A DNA stretch of 64,000 nt from the NCBI GenBank assembly GCA_039096225.1, contig JBBPEB010000002.1, positions 310,001 through 374,000 on the forward strand. Reading direction: 5' to 3'. Positions 11,714-35,125 of this stretch are shown here, piece after piece. Position numbers and translations under genes: made by a program. This DNA comes from Blastocystis sp. Blastoise (taxonomy: Eukaryota; Protista; Bigyra: Opalinata). Positions within the stretch are counted from its first letter, which is position 1. Every line of letters begins with the position of its first letter. The notes under the pieces were generated by a model that did no database searches, was not told the origin of the DNA, and saw nothing but the letters and a program-made list of their open reading frames with translations.

Positions 11714-13719
11714 TGAATAGCACTTAATTCTTCACGATAGAAACGACCTAATCGTTTTTTTACCTATATATATATATTATATATATATACATATATATAT
11801 ATATATACACTAATTCTATAGTTTTTATATTCTGTTTCATTATCTGTATCAATATAATATAATCTTAAAATATCATACACACGCTTTACTTGATCTACAG
11901 GGCATAATAATAAAGAAGCAGCTTGTTGATATTCTTCATTTGTTCGTTCTCCAGACCAGCCATTAGATATACCTTCTTCTTCTTTATATAAAATATGTTG
12001 TTCTTTCATTCTTCGAATATCATATATATCTCTTAACATAACGAAATCTTCACAAGGAGATTCAACAGTAACAATATAATTATTTAATTCTTTCGCTAAT
12101 TTATAAGTTTCATTCATCATTCTATATCCATGACCTTTATATATATATATAATAAGAATTATAGGCATAGTAAATAATATAATATACAAAGAATATACAT
12201 ATATTCATACTATTTAAAGTATAATATATACATAATGAACACATAATGAATACATATATATAATACTAACCAAAATAATATATATATATATATATACCTA
12301 GTTTTCTATAGGAAGGATAAACAAACATTTGGCAGATACGAATCGATTGTTGTGGTTTATGAAAGGGATTGGTAAATGTATATATAGATGTATATCCAAT
12401 AATATAAGGAGGACGAGAAGAATCAGAGGGAATATGATATATAAAGAGAATCTATATATATGTATATATATATATAGGAAAAGTAAAATATTTAGAAATG
12501 TGAATTGTATATATATTGTAATATTATATATATACACTCCACACAAATGGGTCTGCTTTCACTGCGGAGGCACTATCAACAAAGAATAATGATAATTTAT
12601 GGAACTATATAAATAAGAATAATAATAATATTAATAATATAAATGAAATAATAATACGATTAAAAATAAAACATACATAAATAAATAAAAATATATTTAT
12701 ATACCCTTTCAAAAAGATCTTTTTCTGTTTGAGATTCTAATTTGGAACTATACATATAGATATATACATATACATATATATATATATATATATATACATA
12801 TAAATATATATATATACTAAGTCATAATATATTTCTCATTATTTTTATCATTATATTCCAATCGCTTCTCTCCTACTATCTTATTATCAAATGACTATAT
12901 ATATATAGTAAACTATCATATCATAAATAAACATTAAAAACTAAATATTAATTGATTAAAAATTAATTAAATATTTATATAACAAAAATACATAATTACA
13001 AATAAATATATATATATATATAAATTACTTCATATTGATGTATAAAATCCTCCTTATTATTTGTTGATCCTTCGGGTAAATAGGTCGAAAAAATCTTTTT
13101 CATCAACTTACGTTCTATATAATAATAATAATAATTATTATTATTATAAATATATATATACAACATAAATATAAATATAATATATATACTTGTATTTGCT
13201 GTATCGATACCTTCATGTTTAAATGAATAAAAACACTATATATATTAATAACAATTAAGAAAAAATATATAATTACAAGAAGATTCGTGGCGCATATAGT
13301 AATATTAACAGCAGGATTCTTGTATCCTCTTAATATTTCATCTTCATCATAAATCTGATGAACATAATCAGGATGAAATTCTGAATCACGAAATCGATTA
13401 CCCTTTTTATCCTCACTTATATAAGGCACAACTATAAGCAAGCATAGTGAATATATCTATAAGATAATAAACATTATACCAAGCTTGAAAAGTGTACATT
13501 CTTTTCCTTTTGTCTCATATTCACCTTGAGGTTCTGGCTGCTCACCTTCTAAAGTTATACAAATAGTTTATAATATAATGAATGACTTTAGAGATTAGAA
13601 TACCTTCATAACGAATTCTCTTGGCTGGATACATTTCGTCCATCACCTCTTGAATTACTATAACAGTATAAACACATGATATTCCGTTGAAATATACAAG
13701 TTGAATCAATATAGTTCAT
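11523..13719 (-). CDS. HAT1: Histone acetyltransferase type B catalytic subunit (spliced)
   Basis: FHPDYVHQIYDEDEILRGYKNP (Hat1 N domain); LFFVDSAS; GNAT motif IRICQMFVYPSYRKLGHG; IVTVESPCEDFVMLRD. Confidence 0.88.
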
Positions 13720-14003
13720 TCTTTAGTCTCTTCTTAGAATATTTTAAAAAATGGAGGTTCGTTAAGGAAAATTCGCGGGATTTAAATGAGTTTATTTTGT
13801 TTTCCTAAAAAATGTATTCATTTACACACTTATAGTTGTGTATAATATTCTCTGTATGTCATCTACATGAGTACAACAATACTAAATGAAATAATGAACA
13901 TTATATATATAATTATTTTAAAAATGGATAAATGACTTGTAAAGGCACAGTTCTATGTAAAGAAATAAGAATAACTATATTTTATGGGATCATAGAATTG
14001 ATT

Positions 14004-16559
14004 TTATTCCTTTTTTGTATGATTTATAGTAAATTTAGATTTATTAACGAATTTTCTTCCAAAAGAAGTTCCTTTTTTAATTAAGACATAAGCAACAGTT
14101 CCAAAATAAATAATAAATTGACCTAAAGTAGTTGTTATTGGACAATCTATAAGAATTATAAAGAATTATTTAGAAGAAATAAATATATATATATAGATTT
14201 ATATTATTACTAAAAATATTGAAGTATTATAATAAAAATTTTTGATTTATGATACAAGTATATATACCTGAATGTGAGAAATAAGTAATAATTGAAGAAA
14301 TAAGAGCTATAGGCACAAGAATACCAAAAGCAAATTTATTAAAAGTTGAATAAGATTGTGTTTTCATGATTTGTTGGCAGTTAACATCTAATGAGGGTAT
14401 ATAATGACCGCACGTGACTTTGTAGCAATCAATAATATATCCATCGACAAAATTATTTAAATAATAACGAGTTATCGAACATTCTAAATCATCTATAGCA
14501 CCACGAGTTGTTCTCTTTCCTGTTCTATATATATATATTAACAATAATAAATAGAATCAAATCTATATATATATATATATATATATATAATTACCTGGTA
14601 AAATCAGTTTTTTGAGCATTAGTACCTGAATATTCACGGGAAAGTACATTCGCATTATCTGCCCATATATTCTTATATATAGTTTCAAAATCAGCAAAAG
14701 GAGAGTTAATAATAATATCTTCTAATTGATCATGAAGCCCGAGTTGAAGGAATATAATACGACGGGCATACAGAGATTGAACTACATTCGTTCCTATATA
14801 TATACATATATAATATAATTATTATATATAGTTATATATATATAGAGTGATATATATGTATATAATATACTATCAAGAGAATCGACGCAGTTTGTACGGA
14901 TAACACCCGTTTGAGTGTTAATAACACGACCTTCAGAAGTATACCCATAATAACTGTTATTCATAAAGAAATCAATAGTCTTTAGTACTAATTTGGACAA
15001 GTTCTGATATTTCATCTTTGCGCATTCATGATGGAAATCAAACCATTCAAAAGCAATACTATATATATATGGTTATATTATAATAAAGAGGATAATATAT
15101 ATATATAGTTAAATGCAATAAAGAGTATAATATATATATATGGTTATATGATAATAAAGAGGATAATATATATACTTAGCATTTTGTGACTTTAGAATGG
15201 CTCGTTCGTAGGCATCACCCAATCGTTGTTGAGTCTTCTTCTTATCAATTAAATTCACACATAACACACTTGTATATCTATATATATATATATATACCAT
15301 GTTTTAACATATAAAACCACATAAATTTATATACAAACAAATAAAGAATATATATATATATACCTATCCTTTAACATATCCATATGAGTTTTAAATAATA
15401 CATTATTCTATAGAGAATAATAATAATAATAATAATATATAATATACATTATCTTCAATAATATTGACTTTAGGGTCATATTTCAAGGTAGGTGTTTGAG
15501 TCCATTTTAAGGGGATACTACCTCTTATCTATTTATAATAATATATCATAAATATAATAATAATAATAATAATAAATATAATAATATATATAATAATAAT
15601 AATAAATATAATAACTATAACTATAATAATAACTATAATAATAAATATACTTGAACATAACTATACACTTCTTGGGATGATGTCACTAGAATCTGTTCTG
15701 TTTCCACGAAATTAGCTACATCACCATTCTCATCAATCCCGCGGGAATTAAAACGACGACCAATATTATGAATAGTTCTTCTACTAATAATAATAAGTCT
15801 AAATGAATGTCCATCGATGACGCACCCTGGCTCAATAGCAATAAAACCGTTAATAACCGTTAAAAGTAAATCATCATATAAAACAGAAGATAACGGCTTA
15901 AAACTCTCAATGACATTCGAATTAAACATAAAATATGTATCGACATCGTCGGGATATTTATGAGAAAACTCACGAATCTTAGGACCTTGATCTTGTAATT
16001 TTTTTGTAATATTTTCAGTATATGAAAAATAGTAATTATCTATTTTATAGATTGTATAGATCATTTCTACTAGTTGTTTATCGCAATCGTTATCTTCATC
16101 AACATAAATTGCATCCTTGCAAGGAATTGGAATCACATTCACTTTCATTATCTTCAATTATAGACATATAGTAAAATTATATATACTTATAAATTCACAA
16201 TATAATTAAATAAAAAAATTACCTTATAAATAGCTCCACCTTTAGCACCATTTCCGACAAGTTTAGCTTCTTCGACAAAAGCAAGATATAAACCTATAAA
16301 ATACATTCATAGAACAATAATGAATCGATTATTTGCCATATATAATGATGCTCATAATATACATACGATGAACAAATGAGTAAACTCCAAGAATACCCCA
16401 ACATTCCTTTTCAGTAGAAAAAACACTTCCATTATATTCCTGAGATTCAATATTAAGTTTCCCCTTCTCACTAGACAAAGAAAGCATTTGACCGGGTTGC
16501 TCATCATTCATGCTTATAGCAACTTGAGAACTCTTGATTCCAATAAGGAAATGACTCAT
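14004..16559 (-). CDS. SAC1: SAC1 phosphoinositide phosphatase with two C-terminal TM segments (spliced)
   Basis: [46 protein letters not shown], catalytic [39 protein letters not shown]. Confidence 0.93.
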
Positions 16560-18000
16560 TTTCTTTATTATAATCTTCAAAACAGTATAACTTTGTAAAT
16601 AAAAAATGTTTTTTATTTAAAAATCCAAAATGTTATTTTCTCACGGAAGAATCGAATCGAATACTGAAAATAAAAAATTATCTGGCTACATTTGAATAAG
16701 TGTTGTTTGTATTTTATTCTTATTAATTTAATTTTTTTATTAGATTAAATGTTCTTATTTATTTTCTTTAATGATGTTAACCATAATCTTACTTGAAAAA
16801 CCATTGAATTAAATAAATTATAAATATTTTGTAGGTAGATTCATCATTATCGGCTTGTATTATATAAAGGACGCAAATAGAATTTTGTACATATAAATAA
16901 ATGAGCCTGTATTTATAGAACTATAGAGTAATTTCTATATGAAAAAAATTATCATTCATACTTTTACTAAATAAAGTATTTAGAAACATATACAAGATCT
17001 TATAAATCAATTAAAATATGCTTCTTGCAAAAAAGTGTGTAGAACAAAACTGATTATTAGCTTTTTTTTTTATTAAGTTGTCTACACTTAGATTACACTC
17101 ATTTATAAAGGAGGCAATATGTGACAACTATAGGAACTTTGTATGGTATTCCAAATCCCTTTTTGGACTAATAAAAATAAAATATTATTTTTTTTACAGT
17201 AGTATCATTGTTATTTGAGTTCAATTGATTAACTACAATTCTGTAATGCCTAGTCCAACAACAATTCATTTGAAATCTTATATAAATATTATAAAACAAA
17301 TTCGTAATTCCAAGATAAAGTCTTCAATAATTTTATGTTTGATTAAAATAAATAGAGCATGATTATCTAAGATATACAAAACACATATTTATGACAAAAC
17401 AAGGAGATGACGTAATGACATTGCAAAAGTTCGTAAGTTGTTTGTCACCAAACTCTCTGCAAAGTGTATTCATCTTAGAGTATAATAAATAGGAGATTCA
17501 TACGGAGAATGAGTCATTAAAAAAATATATTTCTGTACATAAGCTGAAAGTAGATGATTTTTTTTGTTTTCTCGAATACAAAATTTTTCAGATTAAAGCT
17601 GAAATTAATATTACATATTTTATAAAAAAAATGAAATCCGCGGAATAATCAAGATATGTCTCTATAAAACAAATAATTTTCGTAAAAATATACAACTGTG
17701 AATTCCAAAGATTCCTTTAGAGAAAAAGCAGGTGTTTGTATTCGACAGTAGCAAATAAGTAATCACGGTTATTTGTCGATTCTCTCGGGAAGTAGACGAT
17801 TAAAAACCGGTTTTTCAGTAATTGTTGATGGAAAAAAAGGAAAATGAATAATCGTGACTATTCTAAAAGTATTCTCTGTGAAAAGAAAAATATTTGCGGT
17901 TTTTTTGTTGGAAAAGAAAAATGGCTTATTCTTATAAACAGAAAAATTAGGTTATTTTTGGTGACTTTTGTGAATCTCTTCCTATATTAGTTTTACCACA

Positions 18001-18612
18001 ATGGGTAGTGTTTTCTCTTCTATATTCTCTGCTCTCTTCGGTCCTAAGGAATTACGTATTCTTGTTCTCGGATTAGATAATGCTGGTAAAACTACCATCT
18101 TATATCGACTTCAGTTGAATGAACCTATTTCTACTGTTCCGACAATTGGGTTTAATGTTGAAACTATACAATATAAGAATCTTACATTCCAAGTTTGGGA
18201 TTTAGGTGGTCAAACAAGTATTCGTCCTTATTGGAGATGTTACTATCCTAATACTCAAGCTATTATTTTTGTGGTAGATAGTGCTGATACAAATAGAATC
18301 AATATCGTTAAAGCCGAATTAACAGCTATTCTTAATGTATGTTTATGTTTATTATACTTATAATGATTATTAGCTTTATTGTGTTTATGTTTATTATATT
18401 TTTGTATCTTATCTTTATGTTTATTATATTTTTGTTTCTCATCTTTATTATATTTATTATATTTTTGTTTGTTATTATTTTTAAATACATGTATTTGATG
18501 TATGATAAACTATATTATATATATATATATATAGGAAGAAGAGTTAAAAGGTGTCACTCTATTAATATTTGCCAATAAACAAGATGTTGAAGGTGCATTA
18601 ACAGCTCCTCAA

Positions 18613-18658
<46 letters not shown>

Positions 18659-18988
18659 TTTCTAATTATTATTCTTTAAATATTTAATGTTCTTATTCCT
18701 TAATAAATATTTCATTATTTTATTATATATATATATTATGTAGTTAACTGAGGCTTTAAATTTAAGTACAATTCGTGATAGAAAATGGACAATCGTCGCT
18801 GGTTCTGCTAAGAATGGTACTGGTGTTACTCAAGGATTTGATTGGTATACATATATATATAGTGATATTTTTATGATTTAGATATTATAATTACTTATTA
18901 TTTTATTTATTATTTTATTTATACAACTTAGTATACTACTATTTATTATCTATATAGGTTAGCTAATGAATTAGCTACAAAACATTAA
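18001..18988 (+). CDS. ARL1: ADP-ribosylation factor-like GTPase 1 (4 exons)
   Basis: MG myristoylation start, [25 protein letters not shown] (ARL1 signature), NKQD. Confidence 0.95.
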
Positions 18989-19673
18989 ACTATATTGTGC
19001 TATTATATGTCATGTTTTCTTTATTACATTTTTTTATTTCATTTAAATGTAATTAATATTTATCTATGTATGTATCTATTATAACTTTTTCTATAGTATT
19101 TGTTTTTTCTCTTTTTAAATATTATTCTTAATTACTCTTTTTTTCTCTTGGAATGTAATTTCATATGTAGGATATTCAATCCACTTTTCTCAATATATCT
19201 ATTGTTTATATATTATCATGATTTATAAAAATCATTTCTATTTTGTTAATAAAAACAATAATGTGTTCAAGAAAAAGCTAGAGTCATTTTAAAACCATTC
19301 AGTATGCTTTGTAGTACATTATTCTGATATTAACTAGTATCTAGACATCATATTCATGATATAATCATAAAAATTGTTTAAGAAACAGTAATTCTTTAAA
19401 AAGAGAGTTGTCATTGAGGTTTCTCTCTTTTTGATTTGAACAAAACAATAACCGTGGTTATTTGCATAATTTTCCAAAAAATATAATTATAATCACGATT
19501 TTATACCAAAGAATAATACTCAAAACAAACCAATCAAATCATGTATTTATGAAAATATATCATATTATTGGTCAATTATATAACTTTGGAAATATGGAGA
19601 AAAAATCTTTTTTGACTGTGTCTTAGTTCTGATTCACTTTTAGTAAAGAGTAGTTTTTTTTCATTGTTATAAA

Positions 19674-21755
<2,082 letters not shown>

Positions 21756-22141
21756 TAGTAGTTATATATATATACACTATATTTATTTTTTTGTGTACTC
21801 TATCCCTTTTTATTTTTATATCTTATATTAATATATATATAACTTTATTATGAATTATCTGTATTCTATTCTTTGCCATTTAATGTTTTCATTAGTTTTT
21901 ATTCGTTTTTTTATATAAAGAATAATTGAATTGTGATTACTACATGTTGCTTATATTATTTGTTTTTTGTTCAATTAATAAAATCAATTTTTTAATAATA
22001 TACTCTATAATCATAACAATAATATCTTGTCTATTAATCACCACTCCTTTATTAATAAAGCAAAGTTAAAGTTAAATAGTCAACTAATTATAAATAACAC
22101 AACAGAATCTAAACAACTATTTCTTTCTTCAATAATACTAC

Positions 22142-22710
22142 TTAATTCTTACCCATTTTTGTTTTTAAAAGCTCTGCAAATTCTTCAACTGTTTCTACCA
22201 TTATATTTTGCCTTTTCATTTGAGGTTCTTCTGAAGTCACATATCTGTATATATAATAATAATATAATATAGAATACAGAAAATAATATAGAAATATATT
22301 AGTATATATAGCATATATATAGTAGTATAGACAATTGATAGAGACGAGTAATAAATATTGAATAGAATATCTACTCTATATATATATATATATTCTATTT
22401 GTGAGTTAATACATGAAGCGTAATTATCAATTGATTGAATGTCAATTGGCTTCTTTTTGGCTTTCATTATATTGGGAAGTGTTGGATATCTACTCAAATA
22501 ATTATAATAGACTTATATATATATATATTTTTTTTTATAAATAAAGGTATAATAGAATAGAATCAATAATAGTATATATACCTTGGTTTATTAAGTCGTA
22601 AATCTGTTGTTAATACTGCAGGTAATTGTATATTTATAGATCGTAAACCTTCATCAACTTCTTCAACAATCTCTAAAGACTAATATAATTATAATATAAA
22701 CAATAATAAT

Positions 22711-22741
<31 letters not shown>

Positions 22742-23129
22742 TATAATAGAAGATGTAGTTATATATAAATATAAATACTCGATCTTGTTTAACAGTTAAT
22801 TTCGATATACACGAACCATGAGGCCAATCTAGCAATCCTGATAACATACTACCTATATAGTATTGATATTATAATTATTATTATACTTTTATTATTCTAT
22901 TGAATAGTATAACTATAGCTATTATATATTTTATATTATAACTATAGCTATTATATATTTTATATTATAACTATAGCTATTATTATTATATTCATTATTA
23001 TATTCATAATGACTACTATGAATGATATCATTAGAATTACTATTATTCTTTTACGAATCATATACCTGTCTGACTATTATCGGTATCAATCGATTGTTTT
23101 CCCATCAATACTAAGTCAATATTCTCCTA

Positions 23130-23208
<79 letters not shown>

Positions 23209-23615
23209 CATATTTACTTTAAGAACGATTTGTTGTAAAATCTTAGCTACCGATAAAGAAGATAAATCCTTATCAATTCTTAAATTAGTTTCAATTACAA
23301 TACCTATTTTAAAAGATAATAAAATTGTTAAGAACAAAATAATGTTAGTAATGCAATACCTTTGTCAACACCTAAAGCAAGAGCTTGACGAACTTGCTCA
23401 ATACATTGTTTTGGACCAATCGACACAGCTACAACTGAAGAACATAATTTCTTCTCCTTTAATCGAATAGCCTCTTCAAGAGCAATTTCACAAAAAGGAT
23501 TCATAACCATTTTCATGTTTTTCAAATCAACATATTTTTCTGGAGACTCAAATCGTACTTTGACAGCATGATCAAGTACTCTTTTCACTGGAACTAAAAT
23601 TCTAACTGGATTCAT
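22142..23615 (-). CDS. ETFB: Electron transfer flavoprotein beta subunit (7 exons)
   Basis: [72 protein letters not shown]; the last intron needs a non-GT donor. Confidence 0.93.
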
Positions 23616-24013
23616 TCAACTTTATAAGGTCATGAAAAAGAAAAAGAAAAAATGTCACTTTTGGAGTTGTTTTTCACTATTAGCATGAACGTTATTGACT
23701 CTATACCGAATTATAAAGTATATCTATTAATAAATAAACTGTTGTACATAAAATATGTATATAAAATGAGAAATCATTAACAATTAATCAACAAAGTCGT
23801 CTCATTATTAAAATTAATTTGCTTAATTTTGATATATAAAGATGGTTTATAGTATAGAATACATATTATCGTTCTACTAACTATATAGCATCACATAATC
23901 AAAATAAATTAAAAAAATAAAAAATGAAAGAAAACAGCTTCATATTTGAGAATAGTCCTGAATAAAAAGAAAAACTTCCAGAAAATAATTTGTTTGCTAT
24001 TACTCCTTCAATT

Positions 24014-28047
<4,034 letters not shown>

Positions 28048-29762
28048 TATATATATATATAAAGGACGGTTTGCATGTATATTAGTATTTATATTCTTGT
28101 TATTTTTATATATATTTATATTTTTAAAGAGTTATTAATTTTTTAATATATATTTTGTTTTTTTCGCATATATATATATATAATATTAATTTTCTATTAC
28201 AATATTCATAAATCGTGTTTCTGATTTACATACTCCTGACCTTTATTGAATATGCTTCTAAGTGACTTATTACAAATATATTCTAAATGGATATTTTTGA
28301 AATAATATATATATATATATAATATATTATTTATATTATCGTCATTCTTTGTGAATGATTTAAAAAGTATAATAAATAATATTTCACGATTTGAGTGAGA
28401 TTATACAACTAGTCTATTAAATAGAGAGTCAAAAACAGTTTAGTTAATTTTATATACATATAAGAAACTATTTGTAAGATATTATTAGCTATACTACATA
28501 AATAAATCTTTAATCAAACATTAGACTTTTTATTTTATAAATTTAAATATCCTGAAGCAATAAATACATTTGTAAGACTTCATTCAGACTAGTAATAACA
28601 AAAAATGGATATATTACCATGTGATTGTAAAAAGAAATGCACTTGTTTTACCGAATAAATTGCTTAATAATTGTATGTACACTTCTTAAACACTATCTAT
28701 AATAATTTAGTGAAGAAATTAAAAATAATAAAAAAAAAGTGTTGTAAAATGAAAACAAAAGTAAAAATTCGCGTATAAAATTTTTATTTAATCACCTAAA
28801 ACATAGTCACATTTTTTTAAATAGTTTTTAATTACGTTTTGTTTTCTTAACTAGCTATAATATACTTGTGAATAGTTGTCATTACAAAATGACAACTTAT
28901 AACAGCAATTCTCAAATTTTAGTGTGAATATAATTATTATTTTCGAAATATTACTTCATAAACAATGTAATATGTTTTAATCAATAAAAGTAAAAAGATA
29001 AAACATTAATAACCTATCAAGCTAACGACATTTGTTCTTCACTAATTTTCATTTAGTTTTTGAATGATATATTTTGATGTTTTATTGATATCTAGCTATA
29101 TTATAATGTTTAACAAAAACTTAACTATTATCAATCTTAAAAAAAATTACACTTGAAAAATTAGTCATATAGAAACAGTATGAACAACATACTCATCATT
29201 AAATCTATTTGTCAACCATTTCAGTGAATAATAAATTCTATTTTTTAACAGTAAAACCAATTTTATAATTTGTTTTGAATAGAAGCATCAATGGAAAACA
29301 TTTTTTACTTTTCTGTTATATTTAGAATAGCCTTTTAAGTATATTTCAATAAGTTTTAGCTTCTTTTAGTAATATTCAGTTAATTAAAACACATATTTTC
29401 AGAAGGTATTTAACATATCCAAGAAGACAAATATCACTTCTATGTAGTATTATAATTAATTTATAAAAATCACTATTTCAACTCCACTGAATGCTAAGAA
29501 TCTTCTTTATATATGAATATACTATCAACTTGCTAGTTATACCTTTTATGAATAATCCAGAAAAATGGCTAATCATCATAAATAACGTCTAGTTAACGTG
29601 AAAAATACAAAGAAGAAATGAATCAAAATTTTTTCTATATTCAGTCATAATAAGTCTTGTTGAAACGAGAGAATAAAACTGACACTTTAAAGTGAACTGT
29701 TTATGTTTTGACTTTTCACTTAAACGTAATACTGTAGTTGATCTGAATTATTATATGTTGAC

Positions 29763-30580
29763 ATGCTTGTTTGTATTATTCTCGATACGTCAGCATCGTT
29801 AAATCAATCAACATATTGTGGTCAGAGTTTATTTGATCTTTGTAAATGTGTTGTATGTGAATATTAGCTATATTACAATCTATTTTTGTAGTGTATAAGT
29901 ATAATCAAGCAAGCCACAAAGGGAGATCAGTTTATAATCTTCACTAATCGTACTAAAAGCTGTCCAAAATATCTAGAAGGCGAATCTGCAATTAAGGTAT
30001 ATATATTTCAAGAATTCAATTGCTCATTCGTTTAGTATGTGAATAATTTACAAGCTGTAGATGTTTCTAATTTTTCCAATCTTATTAATAACAGTCTGAA
30101 TGCTGTTAGTGCGCTAATTATGTCCATGAATTGTGACACATTTGTATGTTTCTCTAATAATTAGTTAATTATATATATAGGAATATGGTCGTGATTATCA
30201 GAAGTCATTTCCGACACAATTTATTATTATCACAAGCTATTCAAACATGTATGGAATTCTCTATATAAATATTTATTAAATATTTTTTTTATTTGTTACT
30301 ATATAGTACTGTCCCTCTAAAGATATATATTAAACCCTCTTCTGAGTATCTTGTATCCCCTATTCGATGGGATCAAATGATCTACAGTTTTCTACTTTAT
30401 TTCCCCGCGATTAAAGTCGACTTACCTACTCCAGCTATTAATGTATATATATATATTATCACAAACATAGCTCTATTATATAAATATATATTGAGTATTA
30501 TGATATTTATTCTATCAATTGATTATGTATATAATTAGAATATTTAAATTAGATATATATATATAATGGTATTCTTGTAT

Positions 30581-30615
<35 letters not shown>

Positions 30616-31036
30616 GTATTTTTCTACTATATATACTTATATATAGTCAGCTAGTGATCTTTATAAGTTATGTTCTCAGACTAATGGTAGTATTACTCTT
30701 ATTTCTACATTCCCGCAAATATTTGACTCCGTTTCTAAAGTATATCAGAAGAAGCCCGTCCCGCGGTTATCTTTATGTAATGAGAATAAGATTCAAGAGA
30801 CCTTCAGTTTATTATCTTTAAAACGATGTGGTCCTGCTCTCTCGAACTATATACCGCTCACAAACTCAATTCAGGAATATATACTTCCCTTCCCTGAAGG
30901 AGGAGAGAGAAGACAAATATATCCATTATTATTATTTGATGACTCTATTACAAATGATAACAAAATACCTTTCTATCTTGTATGTTATTATTATTATTAT
31001 GTTTATTTTTATTATGTTTATTATTATTATATTATG

Positions 31037-31075
<39 letters not shown>

Positions 31076-31611
31076 GTTTTTTTATTATTTTTATTATTAT
31101 TATTATTATTTATAATAATTATTAAATAAGTTTATTAATGAATTTATTGTGAATATTTCTTCTACTATTTTCCTCTATATATATAAATTATTACAATGTA
31201 TATGATATACTTATTCTACTTCTCTATATAGGAGAGACTAAAGACTTTAGATTTGCCTTATTCTATATACACAATAGAAGATGAAGACAGTATACTTCTT
31301 AAGAAGAAACAGTCTTTATTTCTATACTCATCATCAATTCCCGTGGGAATCTATACATATCCTAAACAAATTTACATTCTTCCCCCTGATTTTATGAATC
31401 TAATTGATATATTATCTAGTACTAGTACTTATATATATCGAAAAAATGATTTAATTAATAAACTCAGTCAATATTTAAGATCCATTCCACGCGAATATTA
31501 TGATATTATGGCCAGATATTTCAAAGAGTATGATGATTATTATTATATATATATATATATATATAGAAAGAATTATCAAATTACATCAACACGCCCTTAT
31601 TTTCATACTCC

Positions 31612-31653
<42 letters not shown>

Positions 31654-32198
31654 AGCCATGTGTGTTTCTACAAGTAGAATATCCCACTTGTCCTTCCTTA
31701 GTATCCATTGATACAAATAGTAAGAAAAAAATCAAGTTGTTATCCACAAAGAAAGAGTATATATATATATATCTATTTATTTATTAGATATAATTAAAGT
31801 GATTCTATATACATTTATAACATGAATTATAGTATATATATGTATATATAGACCATGTGCAAAGAACATTCGATGCCTCCATGACGGTAGTCACGTCATC
31901 TCTAAAACAGATCTTGAACATACTGTATAGATTATTATGATATTTATTATTATGTAATATATATTATATAATTTCATATTATAATATATATTTTATTACA
32001 TTCAATATAGATTAGTATTCATAAAATGTCTGATTTTGGTGCCTATTTGCGCGGGCATTCTCCTCTGAGGGATCCTACAACAGAAACAGGAGAGAGAATC
32101 GTGGAAGTGGCTGCTATGATATATAAACCGTGGAAAGGAAGAAATAAAGTATATATATATATATACTTATATATATATTAGTATTATTTTCTATATGA

Positions 32199-32229
<31 letters not shown>

Positions 32230-32726
32230 GAAAGGATTAAGTCATCAGCCAATTGATGAAGCTGATGACACACTACTTCAACCACAAGCTCATATTTCTG
32301 AAAAAACACTTCAAAAAACAAATAAGCAAAATGATATTATAAATCCTTCTTCTTCACAATTATATGATATATATATATCTATATATGAACAAATGATGAA
32401 TTATCCAAGAGATATTGATCTAGATAAAGTAAATATATAATATAATATAATATAATATAATATAATATAATATAATATAATATAATATAATATAATATAA
32501 TATAATATAATATAATATAATATAATATAATATATATATATGATATCTCTAGTTATTGAATGTTCAGCCAATTTCTATTCAGGAGAAACAATATTTATTT
32601 TATATACTTAATCAGAAAACACAGTCTTTTCAATTCTCCTATCATTCTATGCTCCAGGATATACCTATAAATGCAAACCAAGTTACTAATAATAATACTT
32701 TACAAAATAATACTAGTAGCAAATAA
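29763..32726 (+). CDS. INTS6: Integrator complex subunit 6-like (VWA domain), spliced
   Basis: MLVCIILDTSASLNQ (cf. LIDTSASMNQ), SEYLVSPIRWDQMIY (cf. SELTKEPFRWDQRLF), IHKMSDFGAYLRGHSPLRDP. Confidence 0.8.
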
Positions 32727-33166
32727 TATAGATACATATATCAGATATCTTTATATAAAAAAGTATTTTTTTTCCTTTTTATTGTTTCACTTTTTATTTT
32801 TCATTTTTCTGTTTTTTTGTTGTTTTATTATTTTTTTTTCTTTTATTGTGTACATATAAAATTAATAAACAGTAGTATAAAATACTAGATTTTTGTTTTA
32901 AACTATTCTATTTTTTATTTTATTAATAGTTACACTTATTTATACTCTTAAAAAATATTAAATTTTTAAATATAAATCGTTTATATAATTATAAATACTT
33001 ATGTTGTGACTGTATTTCTGTTCAAAACAAAACAAAAAGATGTTATTAAATAATTAACTTCACAATATCATAACAACATAATAATATTCATGTCCATATA
33101 TTTCTTAGCAATATATATATATAAAGACATAGTTATGTATATATAGGGAATACATATAAATATTGA

Positions 33167-34740
<1,574 letters not shown>

Positions 34741-35125
34741 CGCTTTTATACAAGTAAATATGAGAAATTTAGTAAAAACAAAAAATCTTCACTTCAAAAA
34801 AAAAAAAAAAGAATTCTATTTCCATGACTATTTTAAAATTTTTCTATTTTTTTTAAATATTAGTTAATATATAAAGAATAGAGTATAATAAAATAAATCA
34901 GTAGATTTGATTATAAGTTGTAGTGTTAAGGGAAACAAAACGAGATGACAGTTAATAAAAAAGTGAAAAAACATAGAAAACATAAACATAAAAATATTTT
35001 TCAAACGATTAAAGAGAGACTATGACAACTTAGTTTACACATAAAAGCGATACGTTGAAGATATAATAGAAGAAAGAAAAACGAAAAGATGAAAGAATGA
35101 AAGACAAAGAAAAACAACTACGTTA

